Shown in pieces: positions 22,319 through 33,028 of a stretch of 33,028 nt of DNA; within the stretch, counting starts at the first letter, position 1; every line of letters begins with the position of its first letter. Both the position numbers and the translations under genes were made by a program. The DNA comes from Basidioascus undulatus (Eukaryota), in the NCBI GenBank assembly GCA_000826855.1, contig JTLS01000087.1:1-33028 (forward strand), read 5' to 3'. The notes under the pieces were generated by a model. The model did no database searches and had not been told where the DNA came from. It saw only the letters and a program-made list of their open reading frames with translations.

Positions 22319-25300
22319 CTGAGCGCGGGAGGCCTGCGAGTCCTGAGCGATTGGTAAACGCGCTCCAGTCCTGGAGGAGTGCTGAACAACCTACAAAGGC
22401 AGATTGGTAATGGAAGAAATGAAAGCTCGCTGGCTCGAGATTTGGTAATCAACTGGGAGAATGAAAGAGGGTAGCACCCAGGCGGAGGGGGAAGGAGAGC
22501 TTGATCGGCGCGTCCTCGTCGAGAGCCGGATCCCTCTGCACGTTGCGTCGCGGTGCCTCCGCGCCTCGGACCTCCCGCGCCCACGGCTCTGCGCAGCGCG
22601 CTGTCTGTGGGACCGCGTGGGGTCTCGGCGTGTCGCACGAGCGCAACGGACGAGGAGAAAGTAGCCGTGCGCGCTCGTGGCCAGCGGGCGAGATCGGAAG
22701 GGGGGTCCGTCGGGGCCGCGCGTGGTGGGTGGTCGTCGCTGGGCGTCGCAAGGGGAAGTAGCGGCGAGCGCAGCGCAGGGGATCGACCAGGCATGCAAGG
22801 GCGGACGACGAGTTGCTGGTCAAAGGCAAGCCGCCCCACGGAGGAAAGTTGGACCAGGGTGAGCGGGGCAATTGCAAACTCGAGGTCTCGCATCGGCAAC
22901 CAACGCTCAAGCGAGCCAACCAGCTGTCGCTCTTTGACATGAAAGACGTACCCGCTGCCGCAATAACTCCACTAATCTGCCCCAGCAAGAACGCCCTTTC
23001 TAGAACCTGATGCTTGGTAGACCGCACGGTGGGAGCGTAGAGGCGAGAGATGGACACGGAAGATCAGCAGAATTCCTCCACCGGAAGGTCGGTCTGCCTC
23101 CGGCGCCCCTTCGATTGGGTACCTGTCACGCCCATGTTTCAGCTCACCCTCGGCTCCCCAACTCGGAACAGGAAACGCCTCAGCTCCCTGCCCTGATCCA
23201 CACATTTCTCTCTCATCAAGAATTGCGCCCCGGCTTTTCGAGGAGGCTCTGGGTCTGTGGTTTTCTTCCATCAAGGCGAGCACGACGCACGCAGGATGTC
23301 CACCCCGTTCGGTCGACAAAGCCGGCTGTCCTGAAGAATCTCCGATTCCTCGCTGCTTGCATAGAAGAAAGACAGCTGGTGTAAATGGGCAACGTGAAGT
23401 ACACAGAGGGATGTCAAAAATGCTTCGTGCATGAACTTTATGCCGCTTGCTGCGAGCTGGCGACGAACCAATCACAGTCGACTGCAGTACAGCGATCACC
23501 CGGCTACCTTTTCTTAACCCCGTCTCACACCGTTTCACAGCGGACAAGGCCAAACACAAAGTGGGTCTGACCTAGCAGCATCTTCCACTGCTTGTAGTTG
23601 TTGATTCGTCAAGTTCGCACGCTCGCCCCGAAGCGTGGAGCTTCCCGGTTCCTGATCGCGATCGCAAGTGATCGTCGGACAACATAAAACGGCTGCAGCT
23701 GGGCGAAAGAGGGCAGCAACCAGCTCTGGAGCGTCTATGTACAGCTGGAGTGCTGCCGGCTGAGCGTTGCACTTGTTGTGCACGCCTCATCCCAAATGCA
23801 TCCATTAGGTATATGAAGCGCGCGAGTAAGGGCTACCTACAACTACACTCAGATTCAGGCGAAAAAGGGCGTTTCGGTGGTTGTGGTAGGCTACAGGCGG
23901 ACCGCCCGGCAGTGTTGCTTGGCCAGCAGCAACACTGGAGCGACAGAGGGTTTGGATGAGGATGGTTAGAAGTATCAGCAACACGAGCCGGTGTCCACTT
24001 TATCCTGAGGAGGTTCCGGACTGCCTATGGCCCACCGTCGAGCGGATTCAACGCTAAGGTGAGGCTGTGTTTCTGTTGCTAGACTGTGGTGTTTGTAACA
24101 CCCATCCGATCATAAAGGTAGTGGGAACTCGGAACCCACAGATGTACGGAAAGTGCGCCTCGGTGCGCAAAGCCCGCCTAAGCGCCCTTGCAACGTCGGC
24201 TTCGTTTTCACGTCTTTCTGCCGTCTGTTGGTGAAAATGCTAAGAGGCCAAACGAATGCAACATGTGCGGGGCATTAGTGGATTGATAAAGACATTAAAG
24301 AGTAGGGCAAGGGGATTAATTATGGTGTCTGCCTCCGTGCAGACGAGGCGTCTGCTTTCCAAAATTCATGAATCTCTTTCCACTTCCTGGACGTTGCGCG
24401 GGCGCCGGGCTGGGCCGCCTTCCCGACCCATGCCGTCAGCGTCCCCGATGCGTTCCGGCCAGAATTGTCGCGTTGCGTCAGATTGTCCCTCGCGGTTAAA
24501 ACGCGCGTCGTCGCCATGGGATGCAGGGTGTATCTGATAAATCACCTCCACCTAGCTCTTCGAGTAAGGTCTCCAGAAATTCTTCATACCGTAATACCAT
24601 AAACTACCATTTTCTATGCTCTTGTTCCTACTGGCTGCTATTGCGATGGTTGACCATGTCCATCCGCCTCGACCCTTGATTGCTTGGTTTCCTGTGGGAC
24701 GGCCTTGGATGGCCTCGCTCTTGCCTGCATACTTTTGAATGAAATTTGATGATTGAGCGGTCTGGGGGTCCTCTACTGCCATCTCTATGCTAGCTGGGCA
24801 TTCCGCTGTTTGTTCGAGGTGCTTTTGGCCCGCATCTCGTCTACACTGTGCGCTTTTTACCACTATTGATGATGGATAGCTCTGATAAAGAAGCCTCCCT
24901 TTCTGCAGGACATAATGTTCTGAGTGCACCCTCATTCCCCTCCAATATACTTGACAAACAGCCTGCTAGGCAATGCTTCAGCAAGCGCACCCACACAACT
25001 ACCCCTCCTCCCCTTTCCTTTCGCATTCCCCACCCCCATAACGCTTCCTATCGAACACAATTTCATGTGTATGACCAAGAAGAGTAATTTGAGGGTAGTG
25101 CGCACTGTAAAACAGGGCTTGGAAGGCAATGAGCAAGCGAAATATTGGATCGGAACCGCCCACCTTGTGCCCAGGCCAACATGGCTACCAATGCTTCTGG
25201 AAAGGTTTGAGTTTCAAATGAAAGTATATATATAAATATTTTTTCAGGCATACAGGCTGGAGGTCCTAGTAAGCTCCTTGAGTGATAGGCATGCAGTTGA

Positions 25301-26239
25301 GGCTGACCAGTTCGCGGCAAGCCTTATCCACCCTGCGGATGTCATCCGCTCCTATTTCAAGATGCTCGTATGTCCGAAAATGCAGACTGTTGCTGTTCAT
25401 GAATCTTTACACCTTTAAGTTGTACTAGAAGGTAGCAAGAGTCATCTCCCTTCCCTTAGGGGCTGCATTACTTGAGAAAGAGTGAAGGGGCGAGCGGGAT
25501 ACGAGGACAGATAAGAGGGTGAGGATGGTACAAAGACAAAAAGACCTTTCTATGCGAGGATCGGAAACGCAGGGTGGTGGAAGGCGTTGGGAGGGAGGAT
25601 GGAGAGGAGGGTAGAAGCGCACTCACCTGCCTCCCATGCCCAGCCCAGTCCGCCAGAGCGACCCTATTCAAATCCAACCCTGTGGCGCTAGTCAAATCCT
25701 GCGAGGTGTGCCTGTGGGATCAGAGGGGTGATGGGGAGGTGTGTCAGTGAAGGGGTGCTTAAAGGGGAGGAGAAGCGGAGGTGATGGCGGGTTTGGTGTG
25801 CAGAGGGGAAGCGCGGTAGACGATGAAGTGAGTTTAACACTGCATGCGATGTGCTCCTCTGCCAGTACGAGCCGGCCTAAGGCCTGGGAAGCGGGTGGAG
25901 GAGGGAGACGGGATGAGGGGTGGCCAGGGCGAGCGAAGCCGGGGAGGATGAGGAGTGATGCTGAAAGCCCTGGGGTGAGTCGGAAACCATTATCAAGACG
26001 CATAAAAGAGACTGTCATAGACGTGAGGAGTCGTATGGGTGGATTTGAGGACAGGAGAGCGGCCGTGAGCGGAAGCGGGATGATGGCGTCGAGGCGTCCG
26101 TCCGCGGTTCGTGCAGGGTGACCCGTGCCTGGTGGATAACTCACATGTGCAACTCTTCAAAACAGAAGATGTTCACAGAACATGTTTCTGACGAATGGAG
26201 TAAGACGCTGCCATCCGCCGGCTTGCCTCGGTTACATCC

Positions 26240-27735
26240 ATCAGTACCTTCATGGTAGATAAACTACCAAATCATAGAGAGTAATGAAGAGCATGGCGGA
26301 CCACGGGGGTTCCTGGGCCTCGTGGAACCAGCGGAAGGTGCCATACCGCGCTCGGTCACGCAAGCGATCAGCGATCACTCATTTTCATGGTCTTCGGGAG
26401 CGATCGATACCGCCTCCATGGAACTTCAGGATCGGATGGCTCGAAAGTGACTGTGCAGCCCAAGGTTTCCTTCGCTCAGACACTGCGCGACCTGCATGCA
26501 ACATTCAAGCGCCGGGAGGTTAGTCCACTTGCACTTGCAGTCCTCGATTAACCAATCAATTACTCGACACCTGACGTGGGATGGACGCAGGTCTTCCTAC
26601 TCCTTCCCGTGTTCTCGGCCGCCTACTTCAACTCTTACAGCTCCACCTTCTCCAAGGTCTACTTCAGCGTTCGAGCCCGAGGTACGCCTACCCGTCACCA
26701 CTTTGTAGCAGCACCGGGAAACTTCCAGATCTCACAATATCTTGTGCATTGACAGCTTTGAAGGGCTTCGTGAGTGAGATGACGTCTCAGAGAAAGGCAG
26801 CCCTTGCCGACTGTTGTATGATCGTTACAGGTTGGTAACGTCGCCCCTCTGATCGGCAGCGTGATAATGTCTACCCTCCTCGACTACAGGGGTATGTACT
26901 ACCCCTTCAGCTTTGTCGTGGCATGCCGATAATGAAGATTCGATAGGTATCTCGCGCAAGAAGCGCATTCTCTATGGCTTCGCCCTGGTCGTCGCCTCCC
27001 ACATTCTGGCGTGGGTCAACGCCTTGGTAATCCGACGACTACACGAGAAACAATCCCCTTTTGGACTGGGCCTCGCGAGACTTGTCAGGTAGAATCCCTC
27101 TTTTACGCATAAGCCATATGATGGATTCATCTAACGCTGCAACGCTGCGTTTCAGGGGATTCTTTATGGTTATTCTTTGGAGCGTTGCTCAGCAAATTTT
27201 GCAAATCTTCCTTTACTACGTGGTACGCCTTCACGTCTCTGCAGTATCGCTCCATACTGCTGCTCACGTAGAGCCCTCTTCAGGTGGGCACGATGACCAA
27301 CGATATCAGCGAGCTCACTCGCCTCACCGGCAATCTGCGCGGCACCGAAAGCGCTGCCCAAGCAGTGGCTTATGGGCTGAACGCGGTAGATATAAACCCG
27401 TGGATTCCTGTGAGTCATAGAACCAATCTTCTGAGAGGGCGGTTTCTCATCTACGTCACGCCGGGTCGGAATCAACGTCGCTTTGTTGGTAATTGCTGTC
27501 TACCAGACGTGGCTCGTAGTGTCCAACCTTGAGCTACGCGATGAGGACTCGGACCAGGTATGTCATCAGTCCGATGAGGTGCGGCCTTGTCTCGCCAAGT
27601 CGAACGGGCTGACAAGTATCTCGTTGACAGTCTGACGGCCAGGACTCTATCAAGGGTGTTGCTGTGGACATTGAGAAACCCGCTCGAGAACTCACGGCAA
27701 CGGCAGTACTGGAAAAAATTGCAACAAGACATTGA
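26240..27735 (+). pseudogene. 5'-truncated UNC-93-like (DUF895) MFS transporter pseudogene
   Basis: Exons read RSDGSKVTVQPKVSFAQTLRDL; VFLLLPVFSAAYFNSYS..YFSVRAR/ALKGF; IMSTLLDY; LDWAS; GFFMVILW..LQIFLYYV; VGTMTNDISELTRLTGNLRGTESAAQAVAYGLN; VGINVALLVIA, with the stop at 27733-27735. The acceptor at 27462-27464 is CGG rather than CAG. The N-terminal half is degraded or absent. Confidence 0.75.
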
Positions 27736-29239
27736 GAGAGTTCCAGGGCATCTGCGGGGCGGGCGGTTGTCTTGCAATTGTTTTCCTTGGCTAGTTGGAT
27801 ATTTGTCGTCGTCTTCGCCTCGGTCTTGTTCAGTAGATATACCGGTGGCTCTGCAACTTGCGAAAAAAAAGTCTTACGAGCACGATCTTAGGTTAATAAT
27901 ATTTGCAGGTGTGGAATCGGTCGGGCAGTTGGATAAAGACACCCGCCGCAACGAAGCAGGAACCGCAGCCCATGCCGGTCGCTGGTCATTCAAACAGCCT
28001 AAATGTGACGAATGCCTCCAATCAAGTTGCCCTCTTTTTGATGAAATTGGTCTGTCATCACGGCGGAGCAAAACAGCATGACTTTAAGGCACTGCTGCAG
28101 GACTCCGAGCGAGAAGCTCGAGCGCTGCCTTTCTTCTCGCTCACTTCCATTATCAAGGAGACGTCCGGTCCGGCCTCATGATCCTAAAATCTGGCTCGAA
28201 ACAGTAGGCAGACATGTCTAGCTCCCATGCAGATATTGTTCAACCGATCCGATAGGCCCCAGTAGTTTGTGACCTGCGAGCTGTAGCGCGTCGAGCATAC
28301 ATCCCCACATTTTCTAGCATGTGGGAAGAACAAAAAGTCAGGACTGCACTTAATGAGCATGCCAAAGAGGCTCATGCAGTAGAATGGCATGTTTCGTCGA
28401 GGACCACGACACGCCGCGTCGGAATGATTTACTGAGCTGCACGTAGCCGCATGCTACCCTTGTAGTCTCTGACTTCGAGAAGGATCGCCCTGATAGAAAG
28501 TTATAGTTTGCAGAGAATAATCCATTGTTCTTGCTCCACCGGTAATTGATCCAAAGCACATACCTATGGTGAATCCGGTATCTGTCAGTGCAGCGTGCAT
28601 CCCGTCCTACTGCGCTACGCTCGCTTCTCTTCCTCCTCTAGTCCATGAAAATGTACGGTAATCCCGCCGAAGATATTCCACCAGTATGTACGAAATGCTG
28701 GGTGCCCCTATTGACGCTTGTCTTGCCGTTAGTTGCAAGAAACGTCAAGCTCACGAGGAGACATACCTGTGGGCCGTCTGAGTTTTGCTGGTGCTTCCAA
28801 CGACCGAGCGGCAGGTGGACCAGGAAAAAGCGAAGTTGAAGATGCGAAAGCGACGCGACCCGGAAGCAGATCTGCATTTACCTGCAGATTGGCGGGCTTA
28901 CGAGGGCAAACAGCAGCATCCTTAAAAGACGGACCGCCGCTGAAGCCCAACGTTGGCCGCAAATGTATATACTTCTAAAGAATATGATTCAAAAGCTATA
29001 GGTTTTAAATTCTTGCACTGCTGACGACAATCTGAATAGTAGTATGCCTGCTCTACAGTCCAGCTGAGCGAGGCATTTCTTGACTACACCAGCGCCACAC
29101 TCGGTGATACCATGCCGACTCATATCGAAACATCATATCGTTGCTTTCGTTACTCCAGCGCTTCTCACAACCAGTCCTCATCCCATCGCGATTGCCAAGC
29201 CTTCGCTCGTTTCAAGCCCACTTGACCCGTTTACCGGCA

Positions 29240-30555
29240 TCAAGTTCGCCGCCCTCGGGCGGCTTCATTGCCATGACGTCCTTTCACCTTCGCCTCGGAC
29301 TCGTCGAGCAGCGTGACGTTGACGTAGCGTACTCGGTGTCCATCGTAACGAGCCACGCAAGCTGCTCCGACGCATACGTCTGCCACTCGAGGAAGTCGTA
29401 GGCGAGCTGAACTGTGCGCAGCTCCGGGAAGCGCAAGGTCAGCGAGGTGAGTTTGTCGTAAGCGCACTTCGCATTGACCCAGAACCCGCCAATGAGGACG
29501 CGCGAGACTTTTGGGGTCGCTCAGCTCAAGCAAGGCGGCGGACTGGGAGTCCGTGTAGTCCTTAGCTATGACCAGCTCCTCGAGACGCGGGCAGGTAGCG
29601 GGAAGGCAAGGGAACACGCTGGCGGGATCTACGAAAGGCGAAGAACATTCGAGATGGACGAGCCGTTAGCCAACACCGTCGAGGACATCGCACAGCGTTC
29701 GGCACGGAGCGGCAGTTTCGAAGTACAGGCGTAGATGAGGGAAGTTCGATTTCTTCAGCGCGAGGAGGAGCGGGCTGGAATCCCTGTAGGCAGTAACGTC
29801 CAAGCGTCTAAGAAAGGGAGAGCCAGGCCAAACCCTCCGCGACTGGCTCGGAAAGCTGCAACTTGCCCACTTAACAGAAAGGCGGAGGACCTCGAGGTTC
29901 TGCCACCCAGAGATGAGCCCTAGAAACTGATGAGCGGGTAACATGCTCCCGAGGTTGTGAAACTCGGCGATGCTCGACTCCGCGCCACGGCCCAACGCCG
30001 AAAGTGCTCTAAGCTGCATGAGGGGGGTCGGGTAGGACTGTACTCCGATCAAGTCCAGCGACACAAGCGAGTCGCAGAGTCCGACAAGCGACCAGAGGTT
30101 TAGCATGGTGAGCTTGTGGAGGTCCTCATCTTTGAGGGTGCAGCCGTGCTCTTCAACCTAGTCGAATGAGCGTTCGAAGGAGTCGGTGGGGAGCGCGTGA
30201 ATGTGGGACGCTGGACGAAGGCCGGCGAGATGCCCGAGAGAGACATGCTCGAGAAGCTTAGCAAGCTGGGTCATGGAGCTCAGGGAGAAGCCCCGGTAGA
30301 GGAACGGGGTCAAGAGGGTCTGCAAACGAGCATGACTGGTAAGCGACTGGGAGCGGGTGTCAAGGGTGGACACGATGAGGCGCGCCGTACCTTCCACTCC
30401 TTGCAGACAAGCAAGAGAGAGAGCTTCGTGCTGTTCACCATCTCCCGCTCGATCTTAAAGGAGTCGAGATCCTTCGCTCCCTTCAGACGCGGCGCGGCGG
30501 TGGCGAACTCGAAGATGCGGTGAGAACCTTGGAGGGCAGAGAAAGGAACGACCAT
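29240..30555 (-). pseudogene. F-box/LRR (RNI-like) protein pseudogene
   Basis: N-terminus ..HRIFEFAT..KLSLLLVCKEWK|..LLTPFLYR, then LRR-like LVSLDL, NLEVLRL, LRRLDV, CPRLEELVI. ORFs 30158..30397, 29666..30106 and 29240..29617 are one frame broken by TAG (30158) and TAA (29666). Further frameshifts occur near 29510 and 29330. Confidence 0.75.
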
Positions 30556-31373
30556 TGTGACCTGAACGCGGCCTCCGGATCAACTCTCCTATGAGTGACC
30601 CTCCGATAAGAGCGTATGGATCCGTGTGGCCATAAAACGCATAGTATCTTTGACTATAGAGCTCTTTGAGTATAGAATGCTCACAGAGATCAAGATGTCT
30701 GCAGCCGATGGGACGATGATGGTGGACGAGAAGAGACCACCCTCGAAGCGCGTAGGTGACGCGTGTCGCCTCGCTCGCCGGGCAAATTCGATGTCGCTCT
30801 GGTAAAGCCGTGAGCCTTGCTCTGATTGCGAATTACCATGATTATGAATGTGAAGTATCTATGGGTTCTTTTCCTTGTCCCTTCGCTAGTACAGTACTCC
30901 GCCGTTCAGCATGTCTATGCCGGTCTCGACACGCAGCGCTCGTCTGTTTTCAGTAGCATCCCGATGCTCCCTATGTTTAATGTTCCTGGGACAGGTTGCA
31001 TTTATGCAGTTAGACACTCGCATGCACACCTTCACACCTGAACCGGGGACGCGCTGAACGGAGCGGGCGATGCCGGTGACCACCAGCGCCCAGCACAGTG
31101 CACAGGAATACCACTCAACAGGTAGCGTTACTTCTCTGCCTCGTCATTCTCTCCCGACATTCTCTGAGAAAGACTGACCCTGGCAACGCAAGTTGCATCT
31201 ATGCCGCCTCTGCAGGGGCTCTGAATCTCGCGCACGGTTCCCAAGCCCGAAGTACGAGTCAGTGAGATGAGGCTGTGTAGCCGAGCAACGAGCAGTCTTA
31301 TGCGTTCGGGCATTTCCCCGACAGCTTTTCATTTTCTCTTTTCACCCCTTCATACAACTTATACTACTGAAAA

Positions 31374-32656
31374 ATGTCTTCTTGCGCTGGCCTCATTCCG
31401 AACCCCGACCTTACTGGGCTTCCGCTGCGCATTTCGGTGTACATCCAAGTGAGTATCGCTCCGAGCCTTCCCACGTCGGTTTTCTCCCCTCAGGCAAGCT
31501 CGCTCATGCCAATTTCCGAACGCACCAGGTCTTCGCCGTCGGATCGCTCGATCAGATCCGTCCAGAAGACACGACCTCGCACCCTCTCGTGTGGCACGCG
31601 CTCTTCCTCACCACCCTCGCGCTGATCATCGCCTCGCTCGCCTCCTCCTCCCTCACGCTCTTCGACGCGCTCATCGTGCTCACGCTGCTTAACCTTCTTC
31701 TCCTCCCGCTCGTCCACGCCCGTCACGGACCGAAGCGGCACATCGGCCCGACGCACCTCCTCGTCGCCGGGCTCGTGCTCGTCCTCTTCGAGCGCGGCTT
31801 CGAGCTCTGGGTGTACGTGACCGCGCGCCACTTCGGCGCACAGCCAGAGTGCAACGGTAGCACGCGGCTCGTACTGTTCGGGGCGGACCTCGATGCCGTC
31901 CAGACTGGGAGGACGCTCGGTATCGTCCTCCTCGTGGTTCTTGGCCTTGGTGCGTCTGTTTCTAGCAAGTTGGCAGTACCGCCGGAGCTAAAAGATCTTG
32001 ACTAAAGGACTGAGCGTGCCCTTCTTCGTTTTCTTCATTCTGGTCTCTGTGGACTGGCACGGCTTCTCGAGGTTCAACTCCAGCCCGTGGTGGCGCTTTA
32101 CTCGGTACGACAACCGTAAAGAGCGCATCCGCCGCCACGCCAACCTCATCTTGAACTTTCTGTTCCAATTCTGTTGGCTCGTCGCACAAGTGAGTTTTCA
32201 CATCGCGAATTAACTTTGGGATCAGAAGAGACTTAATTCCCTGGACAGGCCGAACAGACGATTCTGGGCAACAACGTCCTGCCTTCCGAAGATCCCTGGA
32301 CGCTGGGACAGGTGCGCTCCACAGGTGATGCACAGTCGGTGGTTCGCTGCTTACAGGGTTTGCGGCAGGTCTTGTCCCTACTCATCACCATTCCAGCGCT
32401 GCTCACCATCAAGGACTCTGCACTCCGTATGCTGAGGGAAAAGAGGATGGCAGCGCCGAAGCTGGTTGAGGAGGACGATGAGCTGCCCGAGGAGCCTATG
32501 CAGCCTGTTGCGGACCTGGAGCAAGGAAGTGGGGCAGTGCCGAAGCTGGTGGAGGAAGTGGACGAGGTGCCCGACTCGGAGGAGCCTGCGACGCCTGCTG
32601 TCAAAGGCCATCTAGTGGGGGAAGCTAGGGAGGCTGGGGACGCTGTCCAGCGATAG
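31374..32656 (+). CDS. Uncharacterised fungal multipass membrane protein (NPDxxG..RISxYIQ / WxxGQ type), 5 exons
   Basis: Exons 31374-31448, 31529-31949, 32008-32189, 32249-32311 and 32369-32656 splice in frame. Several hydrophobic helices; motifs IPNPDLTGLPLRISVYIQ, FGAQPECN, EQTILGN..WTLGQVLSL; acidic C-terminal tail. Confidence 0.8.
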
Positions 32657-33028
32657 TAGCAAAGGAAGCCAGTTTACGTGTTCAGTTGATAGCGTTATAT
32701 GAGTTTATGCCTCACTTGACCATGATAATTTTTTCATGAGGTTGATCTTCGTACGAGCCGGCGCCGCAGTCATCCATCGGCGGCTGCGAGATTTCAACAC
32801 CACGCGGCTCTGCCTTCGCATCCCACACGTCGCGCTGTCGTGCACATGCAGCTTGCCTGTATCTGGATATTCCGCCGTGCCTACATCTGCATCTCGCAAC
32901 AATAACATTCAAAAAACAACAACACTCTTCACAAATCGATAACCTTTATAAAGAACAGAACGGTCCTCCTGCCCCTCCCTCCCCGCCCCATAAGGCGTTC
33001 GATAAGAGACATACGAAAGCCCTCCGAG

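Noticed and set aside
25627..25695. IS66-transposase-like peptide GLDLNRVALADWAG
   Set aside because: A short chance-level match inside an exon-like piece flanked by spliceosomal signals, with no other transposase motifs or terminal repeats.
5030..30160. Stop-codon reassignment or readthrough suggested by in-frame TAG/TAA in several genes, with a tRNA-Gln nearby
   Set aside because: Intact genes here end in TAG (NDUFAF7, the membrane protein). The interrupted genes also carry frameshifts, a lost start or truncation. The tRNA anticodon is CTG, not CTA.
30647..30676. 14-bp near-tandem repeat TCTTTGA(C/G)TATAGA between divergent genes
   Set aside because: Only two copies, compatible with a trivial local duplication.
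32705..32912. Possible last exon of a minus-strand gene extending beyond the window
   Set aside because: Short ORFs with no recognisable motif; this cannot be supported from the window alone.
1..33028. Telomerase RNA or telomeric repeats linked to POT1
   Set aside because: By eye I saw no TTAGGG arrays and no 1.5-repeat template such as CTAACCCTAA on either strand.

Overview
This is a GC-rich, intron-dense fungal window, most consistent with a basidiomycete yeast (Pucciniomycotina/Microbotryomycetes-like; inferred from short GT-AG introns with CTRAY branch sites and from the gene families present). Six spliced genes look intact: POT1 (telomere ssDNA-binding, with an extra N-terminal OB-like domain), MGM1 (mitochondrial dynamin), NDUFAF7/MidA, an IMD/I-BAR (Ivy1-like) protein, a bZIP factor with an 8-nt microexon, and an uncharacterised multipass membrane protein. 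There are two tRNA genes: Gly-CCC with an intron, and Gln-CTG with a D-stem defect. Between these lie many decayed genes: two F-box-type pseudogenes, 5'-truncated but intron-retaining fragments of an AAA/winged-helix family gene and an UNC-93-like MFS gene, and CpG-depleted antisense relic ORFs (at least one BTB-like) just downstream of both tRNA genes. I found no clearly new biological system. The best leads are the shared layout at the two tRNA loci, the palindrome+CTAG next to tRNA-Gly, the cluster of dead ubiquitin-ligase adaptor genes and the POT1 architecture. All gene models were built by hand and family calls come from motif recognition, not database searches.
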